Program-made: the position numbers and the translations under genes
The notes under the pieces: model-generated
The model's input: the letters and a program-made list of their open reading frames with translations, nothing else
Database searches by the model: none
Told to the model about the DNA's origin: nothing
Assembly: GCF_964355755.1 (NCBI RefSeq)
Contig: NC_092678.1
Span: 9,794,352-9,858,351 of the forward strand
Direction: 5' to 3'
Length of the DNA: 64,000 nucleotides
Source of the DNA: Antedon mediterranea
Lineage: Eukaryota; Animalia; Echinodermata
In this document: positions 12,441 through 21,600 of the stretch, one piece after another
Position numbering within the stretch: the first letter of the stretch is position 1
How the letters are laid out: each line of letters starts with the position of its first letter

Positions 12441-13667
12441 TTATGGAGAATCTGCTTCTAACAACACCACCAACTTAGTAATTGGTCTCTTCAGTTCAGA
12501 TGTGCTTGTCTTGAGCTTCACTGCTCTAACATAACCTTTGTCATCAGGGTATACCTCCACCACTCTGCCCATTGGCCATTGTCCTCTTGGTGAGTTTTTG
12601 TCGCATATCAACACAATTTCTCCTACATTCACATTTTTTCTCTGGTGAAACCATCTCTGTCGTTCCTGAAGTGTTACCAAATATTCCTTGGACCAACGTC
12701 TCCAGAAGAGATTTGTTAAATACTGAATTTGTCTCCATCCCTTTACTAGTTCCTTTCTTTCAAACACGCCTGGTTCCATGGATGTTTGCTTGTTTCCCAC
12801 AAGAAAGTGGTTAGGTGTTAACGGATCTTTATCTAATGGACTGTCTGATATAATCGTCAACGGTCTGCTATTGACAATTCCTTCAACTTCACAAAATACT
12901 GTTGGAAGTCCTTCGTCATCTAGCTCCATTGGTTGCTCCTTCAGAACACTATATAAGACCTTCCGAACAGAACGAATCATTCTCTCCCATGTGCCACCGT
13001 AGTGTGAAGCGGAAGGCGGATTAAATTTCCAGTCTATATTGTGTCGAAGCATATTACTTTGGATTTCCCTTGGGTCGAGCTCCTTAATTGCCTTTTTCAG
13101 CTCATTCTTGGCACCAATGAGGTTTGTTCCATTGTCTGACATTATCATGCGTATTGGGCCTCTCCTTGCGGTAAAACGTCGAAGAGCATTGAGGCAACTA
13201 GTGGTCGTCAATGAGTAAGATACTTCCAAGTGAATTGCTCTAGTTTTCAAACAGGTAAATATTACTCCATATCTCTTATGTATAGTTCTTCCCCTTTTTA
13301 TATCGAAGGGTCCAAAGTAATCCATTCCAGTATGTGAGAATGGGTTTTCACCAACAGTTACTCTACAACTCGGCAGGTCGGCCATTTTCTGGTTTTCCGC
13401 TCTTCTGTGGTACCTTCTACATAGTACGCATTTGCTGATTAATTTCCTGGTAGCAGAGACCACTTGAGGTATCCAGTATTTTTTCCTCAGGTGCGTTATG
13501 ATTTGGTTTCTGCCACAATGGCCAAGATTTCTGTGCATCTCTCGTATTATTAACTGAGAAACATGAGAGTTCTTAGGCAGGATCATTTGGTGTTTAGGCG
13601 AACCCAACTCTGCTCTTCTCAAGCGACCTCCTACCTTTAGAACGCCATTTTCCAAAAAATGGATCAA
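12441..13667 (-). CDS. pol: Integrase part of the polyprotein (HHCC, DDE core, BEL-type C-terminal domain)
   Basis: HRNLGH...CVLC zinc finger, catalytic DYFGP / SDNGTN / WERMIR, and C-terminal FWRRWSKEYL...WPMGRV...RPITKL. It has no start codon of its own and continues from the RT-RH ORF through a 1-bp indel. Confidence 0.94.
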   Translation of the reverse strand: MIHFLENGVLKVGGRLRRAELGSPKHQMILPKNSHVSQLIIREMHRNLGHCGRNQIITHLRKKYWIPQVVSATRKLISKCVLCRRYHRRAENQKMADLPSCRVTVGENPFSHTGMDYFGPFDIKRGRTIHKRYGVIFTCLKTRAIHLEVSYSLTTTSCLNALRRFTARRGPIRMIMSDNGTNLIGAKNELKKAIKELDPREIQSNMLRHNIDWKFNPPSASHYGGTWERMIRSVRKVLYSVLKEQPMELDDEGLPTVFCEVEGIVNSRPLTIISDSPLDKDPLTPNHFLVGNKQTSMEPGVFERKELVKGWRQIQYLTNLFWRRWSKEYLVTLQERQRWFHQRKNVNVGEIVLICDKNSPRGQWPMGRVVEVYPDDKGYVRAVKLKTSTSELKRPITKLVVLLEADSP

Positions 13668-15711
13668 GTTTTACTAATGGACTTGATTTCTTGATTTGAT
13701 TACTAATCTCTTCTATGTAACTCCTTCTTTGAACATTTCTTACGAGAGACACTTCAGCTGCTTCTAGTTCGGATACCGTCAGATATGTTCTGTCTACATC
13801 CTTCTTGCGAAGAACCTGTTTTAACTTTATCATCCAGGCGGTGGCTCTACGTAGGCGACTCCAAGATGAATAGTGTTTCGCCAAGGTTTCTAATGTATCA
13901 GCATGAGGCAAGACTGGGCATGCAACCTTCTTGACTTCAGGATCATCTATCTTCAAATTATGGCTACCTTGAATTTGTTGAGGCCACTGGTTTGTTTCCT
14001 GCCAGAGGAATTCCGGCCCTCGTAACCACATTTTCTCATTTTCGATTTTTCCTAGTTTCAGTCCTCTTGAGGCGATGTCAGCAGGGTTATCTTTAGTACC
14101 AACATGTCTCCATTGACTCGTAGTAGATCCTTCTTGTATGACATTTAGTCGATTAGCAACAAAGGTACTGAATCTTGTACTCACATTGTTAATATAGTTG
14201 ATCACCAACATGCTATCAGTCCAGAAAAGGATATCGTCAAAGTTGTAATCTATTTCAGATTGGATTAAGCTTGCACTCTTAACCGCCAATGTCGCTGCTG
14301 TAAGCTCAAGTCGTGGTATTGTCATTCGCTTGAGTGGTGAAACTCTTGAACGGCTATACAGATTGTTGCAGGTAATGGCTCCATCTACTACACATCGTAC
14401 ATAGGCGACTATTCCGTAGCCCCTTTCACTAGCGTCTGCGAACATATGGAGTTGACATGGTCTCTTTGCACAATTCAAGTTAACGCATCTTGGTATCTTG
14501 ATGTTAGAAATAAGTTTTAATTCTTCCAACCAGGTCTGCCAGCGTTGTTTTATTTCCCCGTCAATGGGTTCATCCCAGCCTTTGTTATCTCGCATTACTC
14601 CTTGAAGTAATATCTTCGCCGGTAGGATAACTGGTGCTATTAAGCCCATTGGGTCAAAAACAGAACTTATTGTAGATAAGATTCCTCTCCTTGTGACAGG
14701 TTGCTCTCTGGTTGGAGCTTCGAAATATAAATAATCTTCTTCTGGATGCCATTTAATGCCTAATGCTCTTTCACATGGTATGGTTTCTTCATGTAGATTA
14801 ATTGACTGAAGTTCCTTTGACCGTTCAGATTCTGGTATAGTGTTTATTACTTTCTTTGAATTGCTGGTCCATTTTGTCAAACGAAATCCTCCATCTTGGC
14901 ATAGTATTCTCAGCTGCTTAATAAGTTCCACTCCTGTCTCCGGATTCTCAACACTCTTTAACAGATCATCTACGTAGAAGTTACGTAACAATGTTTTCTT
15001 GGTGTTTTCTTGGATTTCTGAAATAGAGCAGTCGGCTGCTGTCTGTTGTAGTGCCTTATTTGCACATGAGGGTGACGAGGTTGATCCGAATAGGTGCACG
15101 GTCATTCTATATTCTACGGGAGTAGCATAAATGTTTCCATTTGGGAACCATAGAAATCTGAGGAAGTTTCTATCACTTTCCGGTACTTTGACTTGGTGGA
15201 ACATCTTTTCCACATCGGCAATTATGGCAACTTCTTCTTCCCTGAAACGGAGTAGCACCCCCAATAGGTTGCTAGTCAGGTTTGGTCCGGGTAACAAAAC
15301 ATCATTAAGAGCTACTCCCTGATATCTTGCTCCACAGTCGAAAACCACTCTTAATTTCCCAGGTTTCTGGGGATTGTAAACGCCATGGTGAGGGATATAC
15401 CATTTGTGTCCATCTTGTATAATTTCGTCAGGTGATACTATCTCTGCATATCCCTTGGTTAGCAATTCATCCATGTAGTTGATGTACTCCATTGCATATG
15501 GTTTATCTGCCTTCAGACGACGACATAATGACTCTAGTCGTTTGACTGCTTGTAGTCTGTTGTCAGGCATGACCACTTCATTGCGTCTAAAGGGAAGGCT
15601 AATTATAAAGTGATTGTCGGGTCCCTTCACTATGCTTTCGTTTACTTTCCTGAGGAATAATTTATCTTCAACAGAATGGTTTTGTGTAATTCCAAACCAC
15701 TTTCTGGGAAG
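13594..15711 (-). CDS. pol: Reverse transcriptase + RNase H part of the polyprotein (frameshifted at both ends)
   Basis: The frame is open from 15711 (NHSVEDKLFLRKV...). RT motifs: YIPHHGV, KLRVVFD, ADVEKMFHQV, FGSTSSP, FYVDD. RNase H motifs: FADAS, TIPRLEL, WTDS, NPAD. Homology-like sequence ends at KLDPF (~13657). Confidence 0.93.
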   Translation of the reverse strand, partial: LPRKWFGITQNHSVEDKLFLRKVNESIVKGPDNHFIISLPFRRNEVVMPDNRLQAVKRLESLCRRLKADKPYAMEYINYMDELLTKGYAEIVSPDEIIQDGHKWYIPHHGVYNPQKPGKLRVVFDCGARYQGVALNDVLLPGPNLTSNLLGVLLRFREEEVAIIADVEKMFHQVKVPESDRNFLRFLWFPNGNIYATPVEYRMTVHLFGSTSSPSCANKALQQTAADCSISEIQENTKKTLLRNFYVDDLLKSVENPETGVELIKQLRILCQDGGFRLTKWTSNSKKVINTIPESERSKELQSINLHEETIPCERALGIKWHPEEDYLYFEAPTREQPVTRRGILSTISSVFDPMGLIAPVILPAKILLQGVMRDNKGWDEPIDGEIKQRWQTWLEELKLISNIKIPRCVNLNCAKRPCQLHMFADASERGYGIVAYVRCVVDGAITCNNLYSRSRVSPLKRMTIPRLELTAATLAVKSASLIQSEIDYNFDDILFWTDSMLVINYINNVSTRFSTFVANRLNVIQEGSTTSQWRHVGTKDNPADIASRGLKLGKIENEKMWLRGPEFLWQETNQWPQQIQGSHNLKIDDPEVKKVACPVLPHADTLETLAKHYSSWSRLRRATAWMIKLKQVLRKKDVDRTYLTVSELEAAEVSLVRNVQRRSYIEEISNQIKKSSPLVKLDPFFGKWRSKGRRSLEKSRVGFA

Positions 15712-17780
15712 TCAATCTCGGTGCTCCTTTTTACTAACTTCTCCAACGTGTCGTAAGTAGACTTTTCTACATTTCTTCCAACGAAGTTTGCTGGGTATGG
15801 GTGACTACTTTCGTGGTTACCAATCAAGTTCCAAACGATCCACCCCAGGTTAGTTCTGGTTGCATGGGGAGCGTCGATAGGTCCTGTTTTTACTTCCAGA
15901 GGTGTATAAGCACTTGCTACACCCATGCCTATCAGTAGACCCACTTCTTTACCTTTATCTATCTGGGGTATTTTTACGCCTTGTAAATGTGGCCACTTGT
16001 CGATGTCCGATTGTTTAGGAAAGTGTGCCTTCTGAATAGGTAAGTTGCTCTTAGTATATGCAGTGTGTATAACAGTTTCCATATTTCTGTTGTCTAGGGA
16101 AGTTACCTTTAGTCCCTTTACCGCCTTTGTTGTTAATCGGTACGTAGACCCCATCGTGTCAATGGTGATACATTCATTCCTTCCACCAACGCCAAGTTGT
16201 TTTACGAGTGCCTCTGAGCAAAACGAAATGGTGCTCCCTGGATCTAGAAAGGCGTATGTTTCTACTTGGTGTGAGCATCCAACGCTTACGCGAACTGGGA
16301 TCACTGCCAAGGCACATTCTCCTTGATTTATCTTGGCACACGCAGCTTGCAGTTGGTTAGGCTGCTTATCGTTATTCTTGTTTTTCGTTTCAGTGTTGAC
16401 AACTGGGTCTTGGTGGAGCGTGGTTGGGTGCCTCCTCTTACATTTGGTGCACGTGTGGCGACTGTTGCAATGTTTAGCCAAGTGACCAGTAGTTAAGCAG
16501 CCGTAGCATAATCTATGTTCTTTAATGTAGGTTAGTTTCTCTGGTCTTTGCAGGTTGTCGAATTTCCTGCATTCTTCTATTCCGTGTGCGCCTTTACTGC
16601 AGTAAAGACAGTCTCTTTGTACTTCCACTGCAGCATAAGCTCCTTTTGGTCTATGTGGTGGTTTGCGCTGAGATACCTTTTCGTCTTTAATGTTCCCAAA
16701 CGTAGGATTACTAAGAATCCTGGACTGTTTTTCTACGAATAGTACAAAGTCGTCAAATTGTACCATTCTGGTTTCTTGAATAAGGTCTGTTTTGGTCCTC
16801 CATTTGTCTCTCATGCGGTAAGGCAGTTTCAAAGTGAGGGTCTGTATGCTACTTGTATGATTTAATTCTTGTAAATGATCGAGACTGGACATGGAGTTCT
16901 TACATTCGATAAGTAGTAATGAGTATCTGGACAAAGAATCTTTATCCTCTGCCTTTATCTCAGGAAAGTCCTTTAATGATGTAATATAGGCATCCGCCAA
17001 TCTGAATGGATTACTGTATTTATCTATTAGCGCCTGCTTCGCTTGTCTAAAGCCTTCTCCAGGATCCATAGCTAAATAGCTCTTGACCAGATTATTCACC
17101 TCACCAATTGTATATTGTTCTAAGTAGTACAGTTTGTCTCTCTCGCTGCGAACCTTGCCTTCCACCTCGTGCTCAAAGGCTCTCTTAAATCGTCCATAAT
17201 CCATTGGGTTGCCGTCGAATTTTGTAAGTCCCCTTTTAGGTAGACTTGTTTGTATCAACCATTGGGACAGTACTTCTCCCTGTTTTTCAATCAAATTCTG
17301 TAGTAGTATATTATTGGTCTGTTCAACGGCTGGAGTAGGTGTAATCGGGTAAGGTGCAAAGCTTATTTCGGGTTTAGGTGTAACTGTGGTCTGATCTGTA
17401 GTTGGGTTTGCCCTTGGAAACCATGATGTTGCATTAGGTGATAATGTAGGTGGTACTGGTTCTAAGACAGGCTGTACCGCTTCGTTTTCGTCTAATGAGT
17501 CAAGGTATTGACTAACCTTATCGACCGCATCAGTATTTGGTACCTGAGGTGTATCCTCAGCCGTAATGGACAATCGTTCTAGCTCTTTGTCCAAGGAATC
17601 TGAGCGGGCTTGTGCTACGGCTAATTTACCCTCTTCTTCGATTTGTTCAAGTTCTAATCTTTTCTGTAAGTTCTTCTTATTATATTGAGCTCTCGCCTTA
17701 GCAACCGCCAATTCAGCTCTTGCTTCTGCTGCTGATATCTCTAATTGGCTACTTCTAGTCGAACTCTGTGTGCTTGACAT
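15642..17780 (-). CDS. gag: Gag + aspartic protease part of the BEL/Pao polyprotein (712 aa from ATG at 17780; ends after a frameshift)
   Basis: Coiled-coil-like N-terminus; capsid-like LTKFDGNPMDYGRFKRAF and KLYYLEQYT; zinc knuckles CLYCSKGAHGIEEC, CYGCLTTGHLAKHC and CTKCKRRHPTTLH; protease motif AFLDPGS. The first ATG (MSSTQSS) lies 15 nt after the LTR. Confidence 0.92.
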   Translation of the reverse strand: MSSTQSSTRSSQLEISAAEARAELAVAKARAQYNKKNLQKRLELEQIEEEGKLAVAQARSDSLDKELERLSITAEDTPQVPNTDAVDKVSQYLDSLDENEAVQPVLEPVPPTLSPNATSWFPRANPTTDQTTVTPKPEISFAPYPITPTPAVEQTNNILLQNLIEKQGEVLSQWLIQTSLPKRGLTKFDGNPMDYGRFKRAFEHEVEGKVRSERDKLYYLEQYTIGEVNNLVKSYLAMDPGEGFRQAKQALIDKYSNPFRLADAYITSLKDFPEIKAEDKDSLSRYSLLLIECKNSMSSLDHLQELNHTSSIQTLTLKLPYRMRDKWRTKTDLIQETRMVQFDDFVLFVEKQSRILSNPTFGNIKDEKVSQRKPPHRPKGAYAAVEVQRDCLYCSKGAHGIEECRKFDNLQRPEKLTYIKEHRLCYGCLTTGHLAKHCNSRHTCTKCKRRHPTTLHQDPVVNTETKNKNNDKQPNQLQAACAKINQGECALAVIPVRVSVGCSHQVETYAFLDPGSTISFCSEALVKQLGVGGRNECITIDTMGSTYRLTTKAVKGLKVTSLDNRNMETVIHTAYTKSNLPIQKAHFPKQSDIDKWPHLQGVKIPQIDKGKEVGLLIGMGVASAYTPLEVKTGPIDAPHATRTNLGWIVWNLIGNHESSHPYPANFVGRNVEKSTYDTLEKLVKRSTEIDFPESGLELHKTILLKINYSSGK

Positions 17781-17795
17781 TGTCAAGTTTCGAAA

Positions 17796-18598
17796 TGTTA
17801 ACAGGTGTACAGGATAAGTCAGGCAGATAACAACAATCACGATGCTCAGTAAAATCTGTCAAAGTATCTTTATTCTTTTCTCTTTCTTTCTTTAATTTGA
17901 GTATGGTCGAGGATTGAGAGGTTTCTAAACAATGATAAAAACAATAACAAACGTAATTAGCCTAAACTGAGGAATCGAGCTGATCCCTGTTGTCATGGCA
18001 ACCGTAACTAGCTGAACAGCGTGTGCTCCATGCACCGAGTGGTGGCTAGTCTAAATTGACCAACGTCAACTATATAGGCCTACTATAATACAATATTATG
18101 ATCGCTGACGGTAGCTTATGCTACTCAGCCTATAAACGTTAACAATATAAAGATTTAACAAACAATAATATGTCGACATAACGCCATCAACAAGTTATAT
18201 AATGAGATCATTCTCAATTTCAATACTGAAGAACAGAGAGACGACAAGCCGTCGCCATGATGAACCGCTAGTCGTTAATTAAAGTGAAATTAACACAGGC
18301 CTAGTGATCAATATTACAATCAGAAAAAACGTACCGAAACTTCTGAACCTTCCTAGTACACTTGAAATCTTCCTTTATCTATTAACAATATTATCTTAAA
18401 GTATATGTCTAGTTTCCCTATGAAACTATACTTTAAACTACACTTTGGATGTTTAGTTCCCCTATAGAACTACGAAACCATCTTTAGCACATGGTTTTTT
18501 TGCCATCATCCTCCGATCATGTCGAAGGTTATCGCTAGAGGGCTAATCTAAAATAATTATCTAGCGCCCTCATCTATATGTATCTTATGAACTTTACA
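17796..18598 (-). repeat. 5' LTR (803 bp)
   Basis: Plus strand TGTTAACAGG...GAACTTTACA, with TG..CA ends. Direct repeat of 11487-12289 at offset 6309, upstream of gag on the minus strand. Confidence 0.97.
17965..18002 (-). promoter_or_regulatory. Candidate LTR core promoter: RFX X-box-like palindrome (17989-18002) and Inr-like TCAGTT (17965-17970)
   Basis: GTTGTCATGGCAAC is a 13/14 match to the X-box palindrome GTTGCCATGGCAAC, and TCAGTT lies ~20 nt downstream on the element strand. Function is inferred only. Confidence 0.4.
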
Positions 18599-18603
18599 GT
18601 GCT
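18599..18603 (+). other. Target site duplication GTGCT (right copy)
   Basis: TTTACA|GTGCT-CTTTGATG. Confidence 0.95.
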
Positions 18604-21600
18604 CTTTGATGTTTTTGTGTAACCAAGTTTCATCGATATGAACAAAATGGTCTAAAACGTCTCAAAATGCGATTTGAAGGTATTCTGAGCACTTTGGTGT
18701 TTTTGGGTGAAAAGTTTTAACGAAATGCTCAAAATGGTCTAAAACGGTTTCTAATGTGATTTTAAGCACTTTGAAGTATTTTGTACAAACAAGTTTCATC
18801 GAAATGCCTAAAATGGTCTAAAACGTCTCCAAATGCGATTTGAAGCTTTTCTAAGCACTTTGGTGTTTTTATGTTAACAAGTTTTTTCGAAAATCACAAA
18901 ATGGTCTAAAACGTCTCCAAATGCGATTTGAAGATATTCTGAGCACTTTGGTGTTTTTATGTTAAAAAGTTTTTTCGAAAATCACAAAATGGTCTAAAAC
19001 GTCTCCAAATGCGATTTGAAGCTCTTCTGTACACTTTGATGTTTTGTGTGAAAAAGTTTAGTCGAAATGCTCAAAATGGTCTAAAACGTTTTTAAAACGA
19101 TATTAAGCTATTTTGTGCTCTTTGATGTTTTTGTGTAACCAAGTTTCATCGAAATGAACAAAATGATCTAAAACGTCTCCAAATGCGATTTGAAGCTTTT
19201 CCAAGCACTTTGCTGTTTTTATGTTAACAAGTTTTTTCGAAAATCACAAAATGGTCTAAAACGTCTCAAAATGCGATTTGAAGGTATTCTGAGCATTTTG
19301 GTGTTTTTGTGTGAAAAGTTTTAACGAAATGCTCAAAATGGTCTAAAACGGTTTCTAATGTGATTTTAAGCACTTTGATGTTTTTGTAAAACCAAGTTTC
19401 ATCGAAATGCACAAAATGGTCTAAAACGTCTCCAAATGCGATTTGAAGCTTTTCTAAGCACTTTGGTGTTTTTATGTTAACAAGTTTTTTCGAAAATCAC
19501 AAAATGGTCTAAAATGTCTCCAAATGCGATTTGAACATATTCTGAGCACTTTGGTGTTTTTATGTTAAAAAGTTTTTACAAAAATCACAAAATGGTCAAA
19601 AACGTCTCCAAATGCGATTTGAAGCTCTTCTGTACATTTTGATGTTTTGTGTGAAAAAGTTTTGTCGAAATCCTCAAAATGGTCTAAAACGTTTTTAAAT
19701 ACGATATTAAGCTGTTTTGTGCACTTTGATGATTTGTGTGAAAAGTTTTAACAAAATGCTCAAAATGGTCTAAAACGGTTTCTAATGTGATTTTAAGCAC
19801 TTTGATGTTTTTGTGTAACCAAGTTTTTTCGAAAATCACAAAATGGTCTAAAACGTCTCCAAATGCGATTTGAAGCTTTCCTAAGCACTTTGGTGTTTTT
19901 ATGTTAACAAGTTTTTTCGAAAATCACAAAATGGTCTAAAACGTCTCAAAATGCGATTTGAAGGTATTCTTAGCACTTTGGTGTTTTTGTGTGAAAGTTT
20001 TAACGAAATGCTCAAAATGGTCTAAAACGGTTTCTAATGTGATTTTAACCACTTTGATGTTTTTGTGTAACCAAGTTTTTTCGAAAATCACAAAATGGTC
20101 TAAAACGTCTCCAAATGCGATTTGAAGCTTTTCTAAGCACTTTGGTGTTTTTATGTTAACAAGTTTTTTCGAAAATCACAAAATGGTCTAAAACGTCTCC
20201 AAATGCGATTTGAAGATATTCTGAGCACTTTGGTGTTTTTATGTTAAAAAGTTTTTTCGAAAATCACAAAATGGTCTAAAACGTCTCCAAATGCGATTTG
20301 AAGCTATTCTGTACACTTTGATGTTTTGTGTGAAAAAGTTTTGTCGAAATGAACAAAATGGTCTAAAACGTTTTTAAAACGATATTAAGCTATTTTCTGC
20401 TCTTTGATGTTTTTGTGTAACCAAGTTTTTTTCGAAAATCACAAAATGGTCTAAAACGTCTCCAAATGCGATTTGAAGCTTTTCTAAACACTTTGGTGTT
20501 TTTATGTTAACAAGTTTTTTCGAAAATCACAAAATGGTCTAAAACGTCTCAAAATGCGATTTGAAGGTATTCTGAGCACTTTGGTGTTTTTGTGTGAAAA
20601 GTTTTAACGAAATGCTCAAAATGGTCTAAAACGGTTTCTAATGTGATTTTAACCACTTTGATGTTTTTGTGTAACCAAGTTTTTTCGAAAATCACAAAAT
20701 GGTCTAAAACGTCTCCAAATGCGATTTGAAGCTTTTCTAAGCACTTTGGTGTTTTTATGTTAACAAGTTTTTTCGAAAATCACAAAATGGTCTAAAACGT
20801 CTCCAAATGCGATTTGAAGCTATTCTGTACACTTTGATGTTTTGTGTGAAAAAAGTTTTGTCGAAATGCTCAAAATGGTCTAAAACGTTTTTAAAACGAT
20901 ATTAAGCTATTTTGTGCTCTTTGATGTTTTTGTGTAACCAAGTTTTATCGAAATGAACAAAATGGTCTAAAACGTCTCCAAATGCGATTTGAAGGTATTC
21001 TGAGCACTTTGGTGTTTTTGTGTGAAAAGTTTTAACGAAATGCTCAACATGGTCTAAAACGGTTTCTAATGTGATTTTAACCACTTTGATGTTTTTGTGT
21101 AACCAAGTTCTTTTCGAAAATCACAAAATGGTCTAAAACGTCTCCAAATGCGATTTGAAGCTTTTCTAAGCACTTTGGTGTTTTTATGTTAAAAAGTTTT
21201 TTCGAAAATCACAAAATGGTCTAAAACGTCTCCAAATGCGATTTGAAGCTCTTCTGTACACTTTGATGTTTTGTGTGAAAAAGTTTTGTCGAAATGCTCA
21301 AAATGGTCTAAAACGTTTTTAAATACGATATTAAGCTGTTTTGTGCACTTTGATGATTTGTGTGAAAAGTTTTAACGAAATGCTCAAAATAGTCTAAAAC
21401 GGTTTCTAATGTGATTTTAAGCACTTTGATGTTTTTGTGTAACCAAGTTTTTTCGGAAATCACAAAATGATCTAAAACGTCTCCAAATGCGATTTGAAGC
21501 TTTTCTAAGCACTTTGGTGTTTTTATGTTAACAAGTTTTTTCGAAAATCACAAAATGGTCTAAAACGTCTCAAAATGCGATTGAAGGTATTCTGAGCACT

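Larger units (their letters stand above)
11487..18598 (-). mobile_element. Full-length BEL/Pao (Belpaoviridae) LTR retrotransposon, 7,112 bp
   Basis: Two 803-bp direct LTRs, 5-bp TSD, PPT, and domain order Gag-PR-RT-RH-IN. BEL/Pao-type motifs include triple zinc knuckles, YIPHHGV, KLRVVFD, TIPRLEL, NPADIASRG and RPITKL. Confidence 0.97.

Noticed and set aside
12544-16742. Short alternative-frame and antisense ORFs inside the retrotransposon
   Set aside because: At 63-93 aa with no recognisable motifs, they are expected shadows of the polyprotein.
17781-17840. ORF-track start at 17840 for gag
   Set aside because: It is a GTG inside the LTR; the ATG at 17780 is the more plausible start.
18335-18342. 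Tf1-like self-priming through LTR sequence AAGTTTCG pairing with leader CGAAACTT
   Set aside because: Only 8-9 bp of pairing, and the site is upstream of my candidate TSS. Too weak without TSS mapping, though worth revisiting if the TSS maps here.
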